Below, piece after piece: positions 16,000-27,561 of a stretch of 64,000 nucleotides of DNA. Numbering within the stretch: position 1 is the stretch's first letter; each line of letters starts with the position of its first letter. Below the pieces are notes generated by a model. It searched no databases. It was not told the origin of the DNA and saw only the letters and a program-made list of their open reading frames with translations. The stretch lies in NCBI GenBank assembly GCA_964016885.1, contig OZ024741.1, positions 37,386,001-37,450,000 on the forward strand. The letters are read 5' to 3'. This DNA comes from Eledone cirrhosa (lineage: Eukaryota). Both the position numbers and the translations under genes were made by a program.

Positions 16000-16212
16000 A
16001 AAAAGAGATGAAATCGAAAATGCAACTGAAGTCTTATTTTAAAAAAAAATATATATATTTATTTGGTTCCTTTACCGGTTTCGCAGTTCTTCTGCTTTTC
16101 AAAAGGTGAGTTGAGATGGAGGGTCTGTGGTTTCATCTCTTTTTCTTTATACTTTCACTTTCACTCGTGTAGGACACCTCGGTTATTTTTCATTTTGTAA
16201 AAAAAACCTCAC

Positions 16213-16219
<7 letters not shown>
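15993..16219. mobile_element. HHR family 4 element: inverted arm (15993-16130) plus sense terminus
   Basis: tataaagaaaaagagatgaaa / tttcatctctttttctttata inverted pair; matches 39959-40163. Confidence 0.75.
16069..16106 (-). ncRNA. Minimal hammerhead motif with U3-A8 covariation, family 4
   Basis: CCTT-TTGAAAA-GCAG/CTGC-GAA-ACCGGT-A-AAGG. Confidence 0.75.
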
Positions 16220-16277
<58 letters not shown>

Positions 16278-16318
16278 ATATATATATATATATATCTATA
16301 TATATACAATATATATAT

Positions 16319-16360
<42 letters not shown>

Positions 16361-16594
16361 ATATATATACAATATATATATATATACATATATATAATAT
16401 ATATATATATGTAATATATATATAATATATATATATGTAATATATATATATAATATATATATACATATATATAATATATATATATATAATATATATATAT
16501 ATGTAATATATATATATAATATATATATACATATATATAATATATATATATATAATATATATATATATATAATATATATATAATATATATATAT

Positions 16595-19500
16595 ATTAGA
16601 ATCATTAAACTCAGACTAGTCCTGAATAAGACAATTACCACAATAATATCAGCTTACGCACCCCAATCGGGGCTGCCAGACGAACTTAAGGATAGGTTTT
16701 ACGAGTCCCTAATACACACTACTGCTCTAACAGACGACAAGGACTTCCTAATCATTGCAGGAGATTTTAACGGACACGTAGGTAAACACTGCGACGGCTT
16801 CAATAGAGTACATGGAGTCCATGGAGTTGGCACAAGGAATGAGGAAGGATTCAGACTTCTAGAATTCTGCGACGCCAATGACATGTCGATATGTAACACA
16901 AACTTTAAAAAACCCGACAACCACCTGATCACCTATAGATCAGGGGAGCACTCTAGTCAGTTAGATTTTATCCTCATCAGAGGACGTGACAGATGGACGG
17001 TCGTAAACACAAAAGCCTTCCCTAGTGAGGAATGTACATCCCAACATAGCTTAGTTGTCAGCGACCTCACGGTCAGAACTAGACGAGCCCTGAAACAGAG
17101 GCCAACCTGGAGAAGAAAGATCTGGAAGCTGAAAGTCCCCTCAACCAGTAACAGATTTAAAGATATTTTACTCAACGCCTACGACAGTAAAGAAGAACAG
17201 ATAGAGACATTTAACGTAGAAGAGAACTGGGAGTTCCTAAAAAATAACTTACTAGAGGCGACGGATGAGGTTTGTGGCTGGAGTAAGACCTCAAGCAGGA
17301 GGAGAGTGACTTGGTGGTGGAACAATAAGGTAGATGAAGCAGTCAAGGCCAAGAGACAGGCATGGAAAGAATGGAAGAACGGGGGGAGCAGGGTACATTA
17401 CATAGAGACCAAGAGGGAAGCTAGGCGACAAGTATACTTAGCTAGGAGGGAAGCAGAGGATAGAAAATTCAAGCATGTTTTACAACGTGAGGACCAGAAA
17501 CAGGAGGTATTCAAGATTGCGAGGCAGTGTGTCAGAGATAGTTGTGATGTCATTGGAGAGAAGTGTATCCGGAATGATAAAGGTGAGCTTGCCCTCACAA
17601 GTGCTGAGAAGAAAGATGCATGGAAGAGTCATTATGATAGATTACTAAATGAGGAGAATGCATGGGAAGAAGAGACCCTACCCCACGTAGACCCTATAGA
17701 GGGACCAGCAGTACAAGTCAGCGGCAGCGTAGTAAGTAAGGCAATCAGAGATATGAAGATAGGGAAGGCAACCGGTCCATCGGGTATAGCTGCCGAGATG
17801 CTGAAGGCATCTGGGTCTGTAGGTCACACTATAACCACACGTATCGTTAACCAGGTAATACTAGAGGGGGCCATACCAAAAGATTGGTGCAGTAGCATCA
17901 TTGTCAACTGCTACAAAGGTAAAGGCGATGCACTAGATAGAGGAAACTATAGAGGTATAAAGTTGATGGACCAGGTCATGAAAGTAACAGAAAGAGTTAT
18001 AGCACAGCTGATTAGGGACCGGGTGAATATAGACGAGATGCAATTTGGGTTTGTTCCAGGGAAAGGCACCACTGATGCGCTCTTCCTTGTGAGGCAATTA
18101 CAGGAAAAGTACCTAGCTAAAAGTAAGCCACTCTACTTGGCATTTGTCGACCTTGAGAAAGCCTTTGACAGAGTTCCACGTGCAGTAATCTGGTGGGCTC
18201 TTAGAAAACTAGGAGTAGATGAATGGCTTGTGAAAGCGGTACAAGCCATGTATAGGGGAGCAGTCAGCAAAGTTAGGATTGGCAATGAGTATAGCGAGGA
18301 ATTTAGCGTACAGGTTGGGGTCCACCAGGGCTCTGTTCTTAGCCCTCTCCTGTTCATCATAGTCCTGCAGGCAATAACGGAGGAGTTTAAGACCGGATGC
18401 CCATGGGAACTCCTGTATGCTGATGACCTCGCACTCATAGCTGAATCTATGGTAGAACTAGAGAAGAAATTCCAAACCTGGAAGCAGGGACTAGAGAGAA
18501 AGGGCCTCAAAGTCAACATGACAAAGACTAAGGTCCTTATAAGTAGACGAGAAAACAGAACCCAGATCCCCTCAGGGAAATGGCCTTGCTCAGTATGTAG
18601 GAAAGGTGTAGGTAGGAACTCCATTCTTTGCCCCAAATGCAAACAATGGGTACACAAGAGATGTAGCGGGATCTCAGGAAGCTTAATTAAGAATGTAGGA
18701 TTCACATGCAGCAGCTGTGCTGAAACAGCAAGCAAACAGCCACAGGAAACAAGTACCACCAATCTCTGGGAGGGCCCTGTAGAAACAGTAGACAGCTTCT
18801 GCTACCTAGGTGACCGAATTAGCAACGGAGGTGGGTGCTCAGAAAGTACAATAACTAGGGTAAGAACGGGATGGAAGAAGTTTAGGGAACTACTACCACT
18901 GCTAGCTGCAAAAGGCTTCTCCCTCAGAATGAAAGGCAGACTGTATGATGCGTGTATCCGAACAGCGATGTTGCATGGTAGTGAGACCTGGGCGCTGAAG
19001 GTGGAAGACTTACGTAGATTAGAGAGAAACGAAGCCTGCATGCTCCGATGGATGTGTAACAGTAATATACGTGAACGACAAAGCATAAATGAATTGAGAG
19101 AGAGACTGAGCATAAGAGGAATCAAATGCTGCGTGCAGGAGAGGCGGTTACGCTGGTATGGACATGTGATGCGTATGAAGGATGACAGCTGCATAAAAAG
19201 GTGCAGAGCACTAGAAGTTGATGGAAACCGCGGAGTGGGGAGACCCAAGATGACTTGGGATGAGGTGATAAAAGCCGACCTTACCCAACTACACCTCTCA
19301 AAGTCAATGACACACGACCGTGACTTCTGGCGTCACGCAGTAATACAGGGTACCCGACCTCCCATGGGTACATGCTGAAGCATATAAACAATATGCCCCC
19401 CCCCCCCCACCGCAAGGTGGTCGTGGAGGTGCCACGGCAAAAAAGCACCCAGCCCACACTGTAAAGTGGACGTGTAGGCGCCACGAAAAAGCACCCAGCA

Positions 19501-19679
19501 CTCACTGTAAATGAGGTTGGTGTTAGGAAGGGCATCCAGCTGTAGAAATCAAGCCAGATCAGTTCCTGTATGAGCAAGGCATGGTCAGCCGACCAGACAC
19601 TGCCCACAACAGGACAACCCGTCTAACCCATGCTAGCGTGGAAGAACGGACGTAAAACGGTGATGATGATGATGATGAT
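16595..19679 (+). mobile_element. RTE-clade LINE family B, 5'-truncated within APE; frame open 16595-19378
   Basis: ISAYAPQ, AGDFNGH, LDFIL, SQH (APE); RT with YADD; distinct 3' UTR; (GAT)n tail. Confidence 0.95.
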
Positions 19680-19742
19680 ATATATATATATATGTAATAT
19701 ATATATATATGTAATATATATATATATATGTAATATATATAT

Positions 19743-19792
<50 letters not shown>

Positions 19793-19823
19793 ATATATAT
19801 ATATATATATGTAATATATATAT

Positions 19824-19866
<43 letters not shown>

Positions 19867-19912
19867 TATATATAATATATATATAAATATATATAATATA
19901 TATATATATGTA

Positions 19913-19943
<31 letters not shown>

Positions 19944-20132
19944 ATATATATATATATTATATATATATATTATATATATATATATATATATATTAATATA
20001 TATATTATATATATATATATATATACTATATATATATTATATATATATTATATATATATATTATATATATATTATATATATATATATTATATATATATTA
20101 TATATATATATATACAATATATATATATATAT

Positions 20133-20164
<32 letters not shown>

Positions 20165-20354
20165 ATTATATATATATTATATATATATATATATACAATA
20201 TATATATATATATTATATATATATATATATACAATATATATATATATTATATATATGTATTATATATATATATATATATACAATATACATATATATAATA
20301 TATATATATATAATATATATATATATAATATATATATATATATAATATATATAT

Positions 20355-20865
20355 CTCTAAGGCGGGTAAAATTCTCGAGATCGCAAGTATCTGTATACCA
20401 CTCTCCTCGAACAGATGTCCCAACTCCTCTCCCTTCTCCAGCGCCCGAATAGTCCTCACATTCAAAGTGCCCATTTTGATGGCTCTTCTGCAGGACAAAA
20501 CTGCATTCTTTATATCTGTCTCAGAGACACCTGATCCATCATCCACTGGCCCTCTCTGTGGCTCTAAGCCAGCAGAGTCATAACAACCAGGCTGCTCCTT
20601 GACAGTGTAATTAGGGGCTCTAACCCTAGTGCTGTTAGATCGACTCTCCATATTTCTTTTCAATGGCTGACAATACCTTACCGGCGCCACTCGAATAAGG
20701 TAGTTATTTAACCCATAAATGGAGCCCTAACAGGTACTACCACCCTGGGCCCGGGCAGACCTGGGAGTCATGACAACTAAGGGGTAACTCCACATTCCCC
20801 ACATCTCCTGAACTCCCGAACTGGAGCCTTGCCACTGGATGTAGTTTAATGTCATACCCAGGACA
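20355..20865 (-). mobile_element. RTE family C, internally deleted (5' UTR and APE start fused to the last ~28 nt)
   Basis: MGTLNVRT..GIQILAI joined to gatctcgagaattttacccgccttag. Confidence 0.8.
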
Positions 20866-20886
20866 TTATATATATATAATATATAG

Positions 20887-21184
20887 ATCATCATCATCAT
20901 CATCATCAGGTTTAGCGTCCGTGTTCTACGCTTGCATGGGTTTGGACGGGGGTTTTCCCACTTGAGGCAAGAGTGGTTGTCTTGCTCGCATAGGACTGTC
21001 TGGCGGGTTTTCTACAGTTGGATGCCCTTCCTAACACCAACCACATTTACAGTGTGGGGCTGGGAGGTTTTTACCGTGTTGCCTACACGGCCACATTACA
21101 GCGTGGACTGTCTGGCGGGTTTTCTACAGCTGGATACCCTTCCTAACACCAACCACATTTACAGTGTGGGGCTGGGAGGTTTTT
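20887..21184 (-). mobile_element. LINE family A 3' UTR fragment (duplicated-block variant)
   Basis: Nearly identical to 21522-21820. Confidence 0.88.
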
Positions 21185-21377
21185 AATAAAATATATATAT
21201 ATATATTATATATATATATATATACAATATATATATATACAATATATATATATATAATATATATATATATAATATATATATATATAATATATATATATAT
21301 AATATATATATATATAATATATATATATATATAATATATATATATAATATATATATATATATACAATATATAGATAT

Positions 21378-21468
21378 ATTGTAAATGTGGTTGGTGTTAG
21401 GAAGGGCTTCCAGCTGTAGAAAACCCGCCAATCAGTCCTATGCGAGCAAGACAACCACTCTTGCCTCA
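21378..21468 (+). mobile_element. Inverted internal piece of the family A 3' UTR
   Basis: Reverse complement of part of the flanking UTRs; no tail. Confidence 0.8.
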
Positions 21469-21521
21469 ATATATGTAATATATATATATATGTAATATAT
21501 ATATATATATATATACAATAT

Positions 21522-24500
21522 ATCATCATCATCATCATCATCATCAGGTTTAGCGTCCGTGTTCCACGCTTGCATGGGTTTGGACGGGGGTTTTCCCACT
21601 TGAGGCAAGAGTGGTTGTCTTGCTCGCATAGGACTGTCTGGCGGGTTTTCTACAGTTGGATGCCCTTCCTAACACCAACCACATTTACAGTGTGGGGCTG
21701 GGAGGTTTTTACCGTGTTGCCTACACGGCCACATTACAGCGTGGACTGTCTGGCGGGTTTTCTACAGCTGGATGCCCTTCCTAACACCAACCACATTTAC
21801 AGTGTGGGTCTGGGAGGTTTTTACCGTGTTGCCTACACGGCCACATTTACAGCGTGGACTGTGTGTTTTTTGTCGTGACACCTACACGATCTCATTTATT
21901 TCGGCCTGGATGTTGTGGGACCAACATAACTTTACATTGAAAGGGGCGGTGTGGATGGGGTGGAGGTGGTGGGACGGGGGGGGGGGGGGATTTTGTTAGA
22001 GATGCCTACTGGCTGTAGTAGGTTTTACTATGTAAGGCGGGTCTTCTCTAATACTGAGTACCGCCAAAGGTCTCGGTCCAGTGACATTGTCTTGGAGAGG
22101 TGTAAGCGTGTGCGGTCGGAGTTTATCAGCTCGTCCCATGTTTTTCTGGGTCTGCCTACTCCGTGGCTACCGTCTATCTTTATTGCCCTGCACTTTGTTA
22201 TACAGCTGTTGTCTTTCATGCGCATCACGTGACCGTACCAACGTAGCCTTCTCTCGAGTAAACAACATCTGATCCCTCGTATTTCTAATTTTTTCCTTAG
22301 TTCGTTTATGCTTTGCCGTTCACGTATATTACTATTGCACATCCAGCGGAGCATGCAAGCTTCGTTCCTCTCTAGTCTGCGTATATCCTCTGCACACAAT
22401 GCCCAGGTCTCACTGCCATGCAGCATTGCTGTTCGTATGCAGGCATCGTATAACCTGCCTTTCATTTTTAGGGAGAACCCTCTAGTGGCTAATAGTGGTA
22501 TAAGCTCTCTAAACTTTTTCCATCCAGTTCTGACTCTAGCTACTGTACTTTCAGAGCACCCTCCCACACTGCTGATTTTGTCACCCACGTAACAGAAGCT
22601 GTCCACTATTTCTATAGAACCCTCTGCGCAGTTGAAGGAGCTAGTATTTTGTGGGCACTTGCTGCTACTTATTGCACCAGAGCACCGGCCACATGTAAAA
22701 TCTATGTTCTTAGTTAGCTTACCTGTGATCCCACTACATCTTTTATGCACCCATACTTTGCATTTGGGACATAAAATGGAGTTTCTACCTACGCCTTTCC
22801 TACACACTGAGCATGGCCATTTCCCAGATGGGACCGCCGCCTTATTTTCTTTCCTACAAACTAGAACTTTAGTCTTAGCCAGGTTAATTTTAAGGCCTTT
22901 TGATTCTAGGCCGTGCTTCCATGTTTGGAATTTCTTCTCTAGTTCGGTCATTGATTCAGCTATGAGCGTTAGATCATCTGCGTATAAGAGTTCCCATGGG
23001 CAGCCGGTCTTGAACTCCTCTGTTATAGCCTGAAGGGCAATAATAAATAGTAGGGGGCTAAGAACAGAGCCCTGATGGACACCAACTTTTACGCTAAACT
23101 CTTCACTATATTCGTTGTTAATTCTAACCTTGCTGACTGTTTCTTTATACATGGCTTGTATAGCTCTCACAAGCCATTCGTCAACACCTAGTTTTCTAAG
23201 AGACCACCAGATAATGGAACGGGGGACTCTGTCGAAGGCTTTCTCCAAGTCGACGAAAGCTAAGTATAGGGGTTTACTTTTAGCTAGGTACTTCTCCTGT
23301 AGTTGTCGTACAATGAAAAGAGCGTCTGTGGTACTTTTGCCTGACACAAACCCGAACTGCATTTCATCTAGATCAATGCTCTCTCTGATTAGTTGCGCTA
23401 TTACTTTTTCCGTGACCTTCATGACCCGGTCGATTAATTTAATGCCTCTATAGTTACTCATATCTAGGGCATCTCCTTTTCCCTTATAGCAGTTAACGAT
23501 GATGCTGCTACGCCAGTCCTTCGGAACAACCCCATTCTGTACGACTTGGTTAACTATCCGGGTGACCATGGTGTGTCCCACCGAACCAGATGCCTTCAGC
23601 ATCTCAGCAACTATTTCCGAAGGCCCAGCCGCCTTACCCGTCTTCATATCTTTGATTGCCTTGCTTATTGTACTACCCTGGACTAACACTGCTGGTCCCT
23701 CTATTGGGTCGATGTGGGGGAGACTGTCTTTCTCCCATTTGTTCTCCTCATTTAGAAGCCTTTCGTAGTGACACTTCCAAGCTACCTTCTTATCAGCGTC
23801 GGTGATGGCAAGTATGCCATCATCGTTAAGTACACACTTCTCCCCGACAATATTACGGTTTTCCTTGACACATTGCCTGGCAATCCTGAACACCTCACGT
23901 TTTTGGTCCTCACGTTGTAGAACATGCTTGAAATTTCTTTCCTCTGCTTCCCTTTTTGCGAAGTACACTTGTCTCCTAGCTTCCCTCCTGGCCACTTGAT
24001 AGTCTTCTCTACTTCCCCCATCCTGCCATACTTTCCAAGCCTGCTTTTTGGCCTTAATTGACTCCTCCACCTTACTGTTCCACCACCATGTTACTCTCCT
24101 CCTACCTACAGGCCTGCTCCAGCCACAGACTTCGTCTGCCGCCGTCAGCAGGTTTGCTCTCAGGAATTCCCACTGTTCCTCTATATTATACGACTCTAAT
24201 TGCTCTTCCTTACTGTCGAAAGCGTCAAGTAATATGCTTTGAAATTTATTTCTGGCTATGGGGTCCTTTAGCTTCCATATTTTTCTCCTGAGGATAGTCC
24301 TCTTCCGCTGTCTAGTACGTCTCGTCCTGACTATGAGGTCGCTAATTATCAGTCTATGTTGGGAGGTGAATTCTTCATGGGGGAGGGATTTAGTGTTAAC
24401 AACAGACACTCTGTCACGTCTTCTGGTAAGGATATAATCTACCTGGCTTGTGTGTTTCCCCGATCTATAGGTGATCAAGTGATTGTCTCGTTTTTTGAAG

Positions 24501-25740
24501 TTAGTGTTACAGATAGTTAAGTTATTTGCGTCGCAGAATTCCAGGATTCTGGAGCCTTCCTCATTTCTAGTACCGAACCCGTAGCCTCCATGGATTCCGT
24601 CATAGCCGTCACAATGTTGTCCAACGTGACCATTTAGGTCGCCTGCAATAACTATATAGTCACTGTCGGTTATTTGGGAGGTAGCGAGCGTCAGTGTCTC
24701 GTAGAATATGTCTTTTATAGTGCCGGGCAGTCCGGATTGGGGTGCGTACGCAGATATTACTGTCACCGTAGTTCTATTTAGAACAAGTCTTATTTTAATT
24801 ATTCTGTCGTTCACTCTATTTACGTCTATTATCTTATCTGCCCACTTTTCTGCTAACATGATTCCTACCCCACCCAGCCCATTGTCATTTCCCACCCAGA
24901 AAAGCTTATAGCATCGTTTTTTACCCACAATGAATCTAGCAGACCCGCCCCTCCACCTGGTCTCTTGGATGCAGCAGACATCAACCTCCTTACGTTCAAG
25001 CATTTCTACAACCTCGTTTGAGCGGCCTTTTAAGGTCCCTACATTCATGGTACCAACTCTGAAGTTTTGGATTGCGTTTGGTGGGTGGGGTGCAGGGAGG
25101 GGTGTGGTTGATGGGGTTGGGGTTATGTTGGCCATCCGCGGCCGCAACAAAGAGGGTGGGGCTTTGCCCTTTCGTCCGGCAGCATGAGGTGAATTTGTTG
25201 TTATCTTTTGCATTGCCTTCGGGTGTCCAGATTCTTCTGACTCTCCAGAAATTCCCTAGTTCATCCATCATATCGAAAAAGCAACCAGAAGAGCTAGCAT
25301 AGGTCGTTTACTTGTGATTGGTCCAAATAATAAGGTGGAGAGTGGGGGCGGGAGGGAGGGGTATGGGGTACTTTGCCAGGAGCAGAATTATTTTTAGAAC
25401 AACGGTGAGAAAGAACAGAATTATAGAAAGCCAATTTTGAATACGATTTTTGATTCTGCGGGATTGTAAGATATATAGATGAATGAACCGAATGTGGAGA
25501 GTTGAGAAGAAATGGATATGTACGTTACATTTCGTAGAAGAAAACTGAACAAGCGACCATCAATAATAGGAGACAAATTCTGGGTTTAGTCCCCTGTAGC
25601 ATGGCTTATTTATATTTGGTTGGCAAGGAGTGAGGAGGAGTGTGAGACCAGCGTATATGATAGAGAGAGTGAGGGGGTGAGAGGCGATTTCAGCAGGCCA
25701 AGAGAGAGAGAGGGCAATCCCTAATTTAACCTGGCATAAT
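21522..25740 (-). mobile_element. Full-length RTE-clade LINE family A (~4.2 kb)
   Basis: ~530-nt 5' UTR, single intact ORF, 3' UTR, (ATG)n tail. Confidence 0.93.
22028..25213 (-). CDS. APE endonuclease + reverse transcriptase, 1061 aa, with internal C4HC3 finger
   Basis: GTMNVGTL, CIQETRW, GDLNGH, VDYIL, SQH; RT with YADD; ATG start and no stops. Confidence 0.95.
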   Translation of the reverse strand: MQKITTNSPHAAGRKGKAPPSLLRPRMANITPTPSTTPLPAPHPPNAIQNFRVGTMNVGTLKGRSNEVVEMLERKEVDVCCIQETRWRGGSARFIVGKKRCYKLFWVGNDNGLGGVGIMLAEKWADKIIDVNRVNDRIIKIRLVLNRTTVTVISAYAPQSGLPGTIKDIFYETLTLATSQITDSDYIVIAGDLNGHVGQHCDGYDGIHGGYGFGTRNEEGSRILEFCDANNLTICNTNFKKRDNHLITYRSGKHTSQVDYILTRRRDRVSVVNTKSLPHEEFTSQHRLIISDLIVRTRRTRQRKRTILRRKIWKLKDPIARNKFQSILLDAFDSKEEQLESYNIEEQWEFLRANLLTAADEVCGWSRPVGRRRVTWWWNSKVEESIKAKKQAWKVWQDGGSREDYQVARREARRQVYFAKREAEERNFKHVLQREDQKREVFRIARQCVKENRNIVGEKCVLNDDGILAITDADKKVAWKCHYERLLNEENKWEKDSLPHIDPIEGPAVLVQGSTISKAIKDMKTGKAAGPSEIVAEMLKASGSVGHTMVTRIVNQVVQNGVVPKDWRSSIIVNCYKGKGDALDMSNYRGIKLIDRVMKVTEKVIAQLIRESIDLDEMQFGFVSGKSTTDALFIVRQLQEKYLAKSKPLYLAFVDLEKAFDRVPRSIIWWSLRKLGVDEWLVRAIQAMYKETVSKVRINNEYSEEFSVKVGVHQGSVLSPLLFIIALQAITEEFKTGCPWELLYADDLTLIAESMTELEKKFQTWKHGLESKGLKINLAKTKVLVCRKENKAAVPSGKWPCSVCRKGVGRNSILCPKCKVWVHKRCSGITGKLTKNIDFTCGRCSGAISSSKCPQNTSSFNCAEGSIEIVDSFCYVGDKISSVGGCSESTVARVRTGWKKFRELIPLLATRGFSLKMKGRLYDACIRTAMLHGSETWALCAEDIRRLERNEACMLRWMCNSNIRERQSINELRKKLEIRGIRCCLLERRLRWYGHVMRMKDNSCITKCRAIKIDGSHGVGRPRKTWDELINSDRTRLHLSKTMSLDRDLWRYSVLEKTRLT

Positions 25741-25808
25741 TTCTTTTTTTTTTTTTTTTTTTTTCAGCCAAAATGGTTGCAGGAATATTATTTAGAATTG
25801 TATATATA

Positions 25809-25899
<91 letters not shown>

Positions 25900-26378
25900 G
25901 AAAATAATAGGCTGCCCGTTGCAAATGGTGGGGCATGTGAAAAAGTAGGTCCTTCATCAGTGACCCTCCAACCGTCCCAGGCATTTCATCGCTTTAAGGG
26001 CCATATGCCTCAGGTTGGTGCGAACAACGGCTAAAAAATGTCGTTGGGACACGTAAACAAAGGGGACGCCAGGGTAACAAACAAAAAAGTTTAAGCAACG
26101 GAAAGTGAGAAGAAATAGACAAGTCCCAGATCTCTATGAATATAAACTCGGTGAAATCGTGAACAAGAGACAAAAGACCATCAAACCTGGTTGAAATGTG
26201 AGCAAGGAAAGAATTTCGCCCAGGTTTGACGGGGGGGAAAAAAGAGAGAGAGAAAGGAGAGAAGAAGAAGAAGAAGAAGAAGAAGAAGAAGAAGAAGAAG
26301 ATAAAGGGGTCTGGTCTACGAATTCGGTAAACGTAAGTTTTGTGAAGTCGCAGACGAAAGAGAGAGAGAAAAAAATTT

Positions 26379-26558
26379 TACAGGACTAGAACTGTTTCAT
26401 TCTTTAGAAATCATCAGGAATCTGTAATTTCTGATGATATCTAAAGAATGAAACAGTTCTAGTCCTGTAGAATCTCATCTATATTAAAACTTTCATACTC
26501 TGCAATGTATTGAGTACCTTACTTACTGTGGTTACCTCCGATTCAACCCGGAATAACG
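26379..26558. mobile_element. HHR family 3: inverted pair of hammerheads (minus 26379-26423, plus 26427-26476) plus 3' tail
   Basis: Both arms match 6858-6910; tail ends ccggaataacg then TA. Confidence 0.8.
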
Positions 26559-26775
26559 TACATATATAATATATATATACATATACAATACATATATATA
26601 TATATACAATATATATATATACAATATATATATATATACAATATATATATATATACAATATATATATATATATACAATATATATATATACAATATATATA
26701 TACAATATATATATACAATATATATATATATATACAATATATAAGTATACAATATATATATATATACAATATACT

Positions 26776-27148
26776 CAATGTCACTTGACCGAGACCTTTG
26801 GCGGTACTCAGTAATAGAGAAGTCCCGCCTTACCTAAATACAAAGTAAAACCTACTACAGTCAGTAGGCATCTCTAACAAAATACACCCCCGTCCCACCA
26901 CCCCTACCCCATCCACACCGCCCCTTTCAATGTAAAGTTATGTTGGTGCCACAACATCCAGGCCGAAACAAATGAGATCGTGTAGGTGTCACGACAAAAA
27001 TCACACAGTCCACGCTGTAATGTGAAAACCCGCCAGACAGTCCTATGCGAGCAAGACAATCACTCTAGCCTCAAGTGGGACTACCCCCGTCCAAACCCAT
27101 GCAAGCGTGGAACACGGACGTTAAACGATGATGATGACGATGATGATA
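26776..27148 (+). mobile_element. LINE family A 3' end with UTR deletion
   Basis: [12 protein letters not shown].., (GAT)n tail. Confidence 0.88.
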
Positions 27149-27381
27149 ATATATATATATATATATATATATACAATATATATATATATATATAATATAT
27201 ATATATATATATACAATATATATATATATACAATATATATATATATATATACATATATATAATATATATATATGTAATATATATATATATATATATAATA
27301 TATATATATATATATGTAATATATATATATATCTAATATATATATACATATATATAATATATATATATATGTAATATATAT

Positions 27382-27412
<31 letters not shown>

Positions 27413-27444
27413 GTAATATATATATATATCTAATATATATATAC

Positions 27445-27556
<112 letters not shown>

Positions 27557-27561
27557 ATATA

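Noticed and set aside
25940-25975. CTGATGA on the minus strand as a hammerhead
   Set aside because: No stem II or downstream GAAA could be formed.
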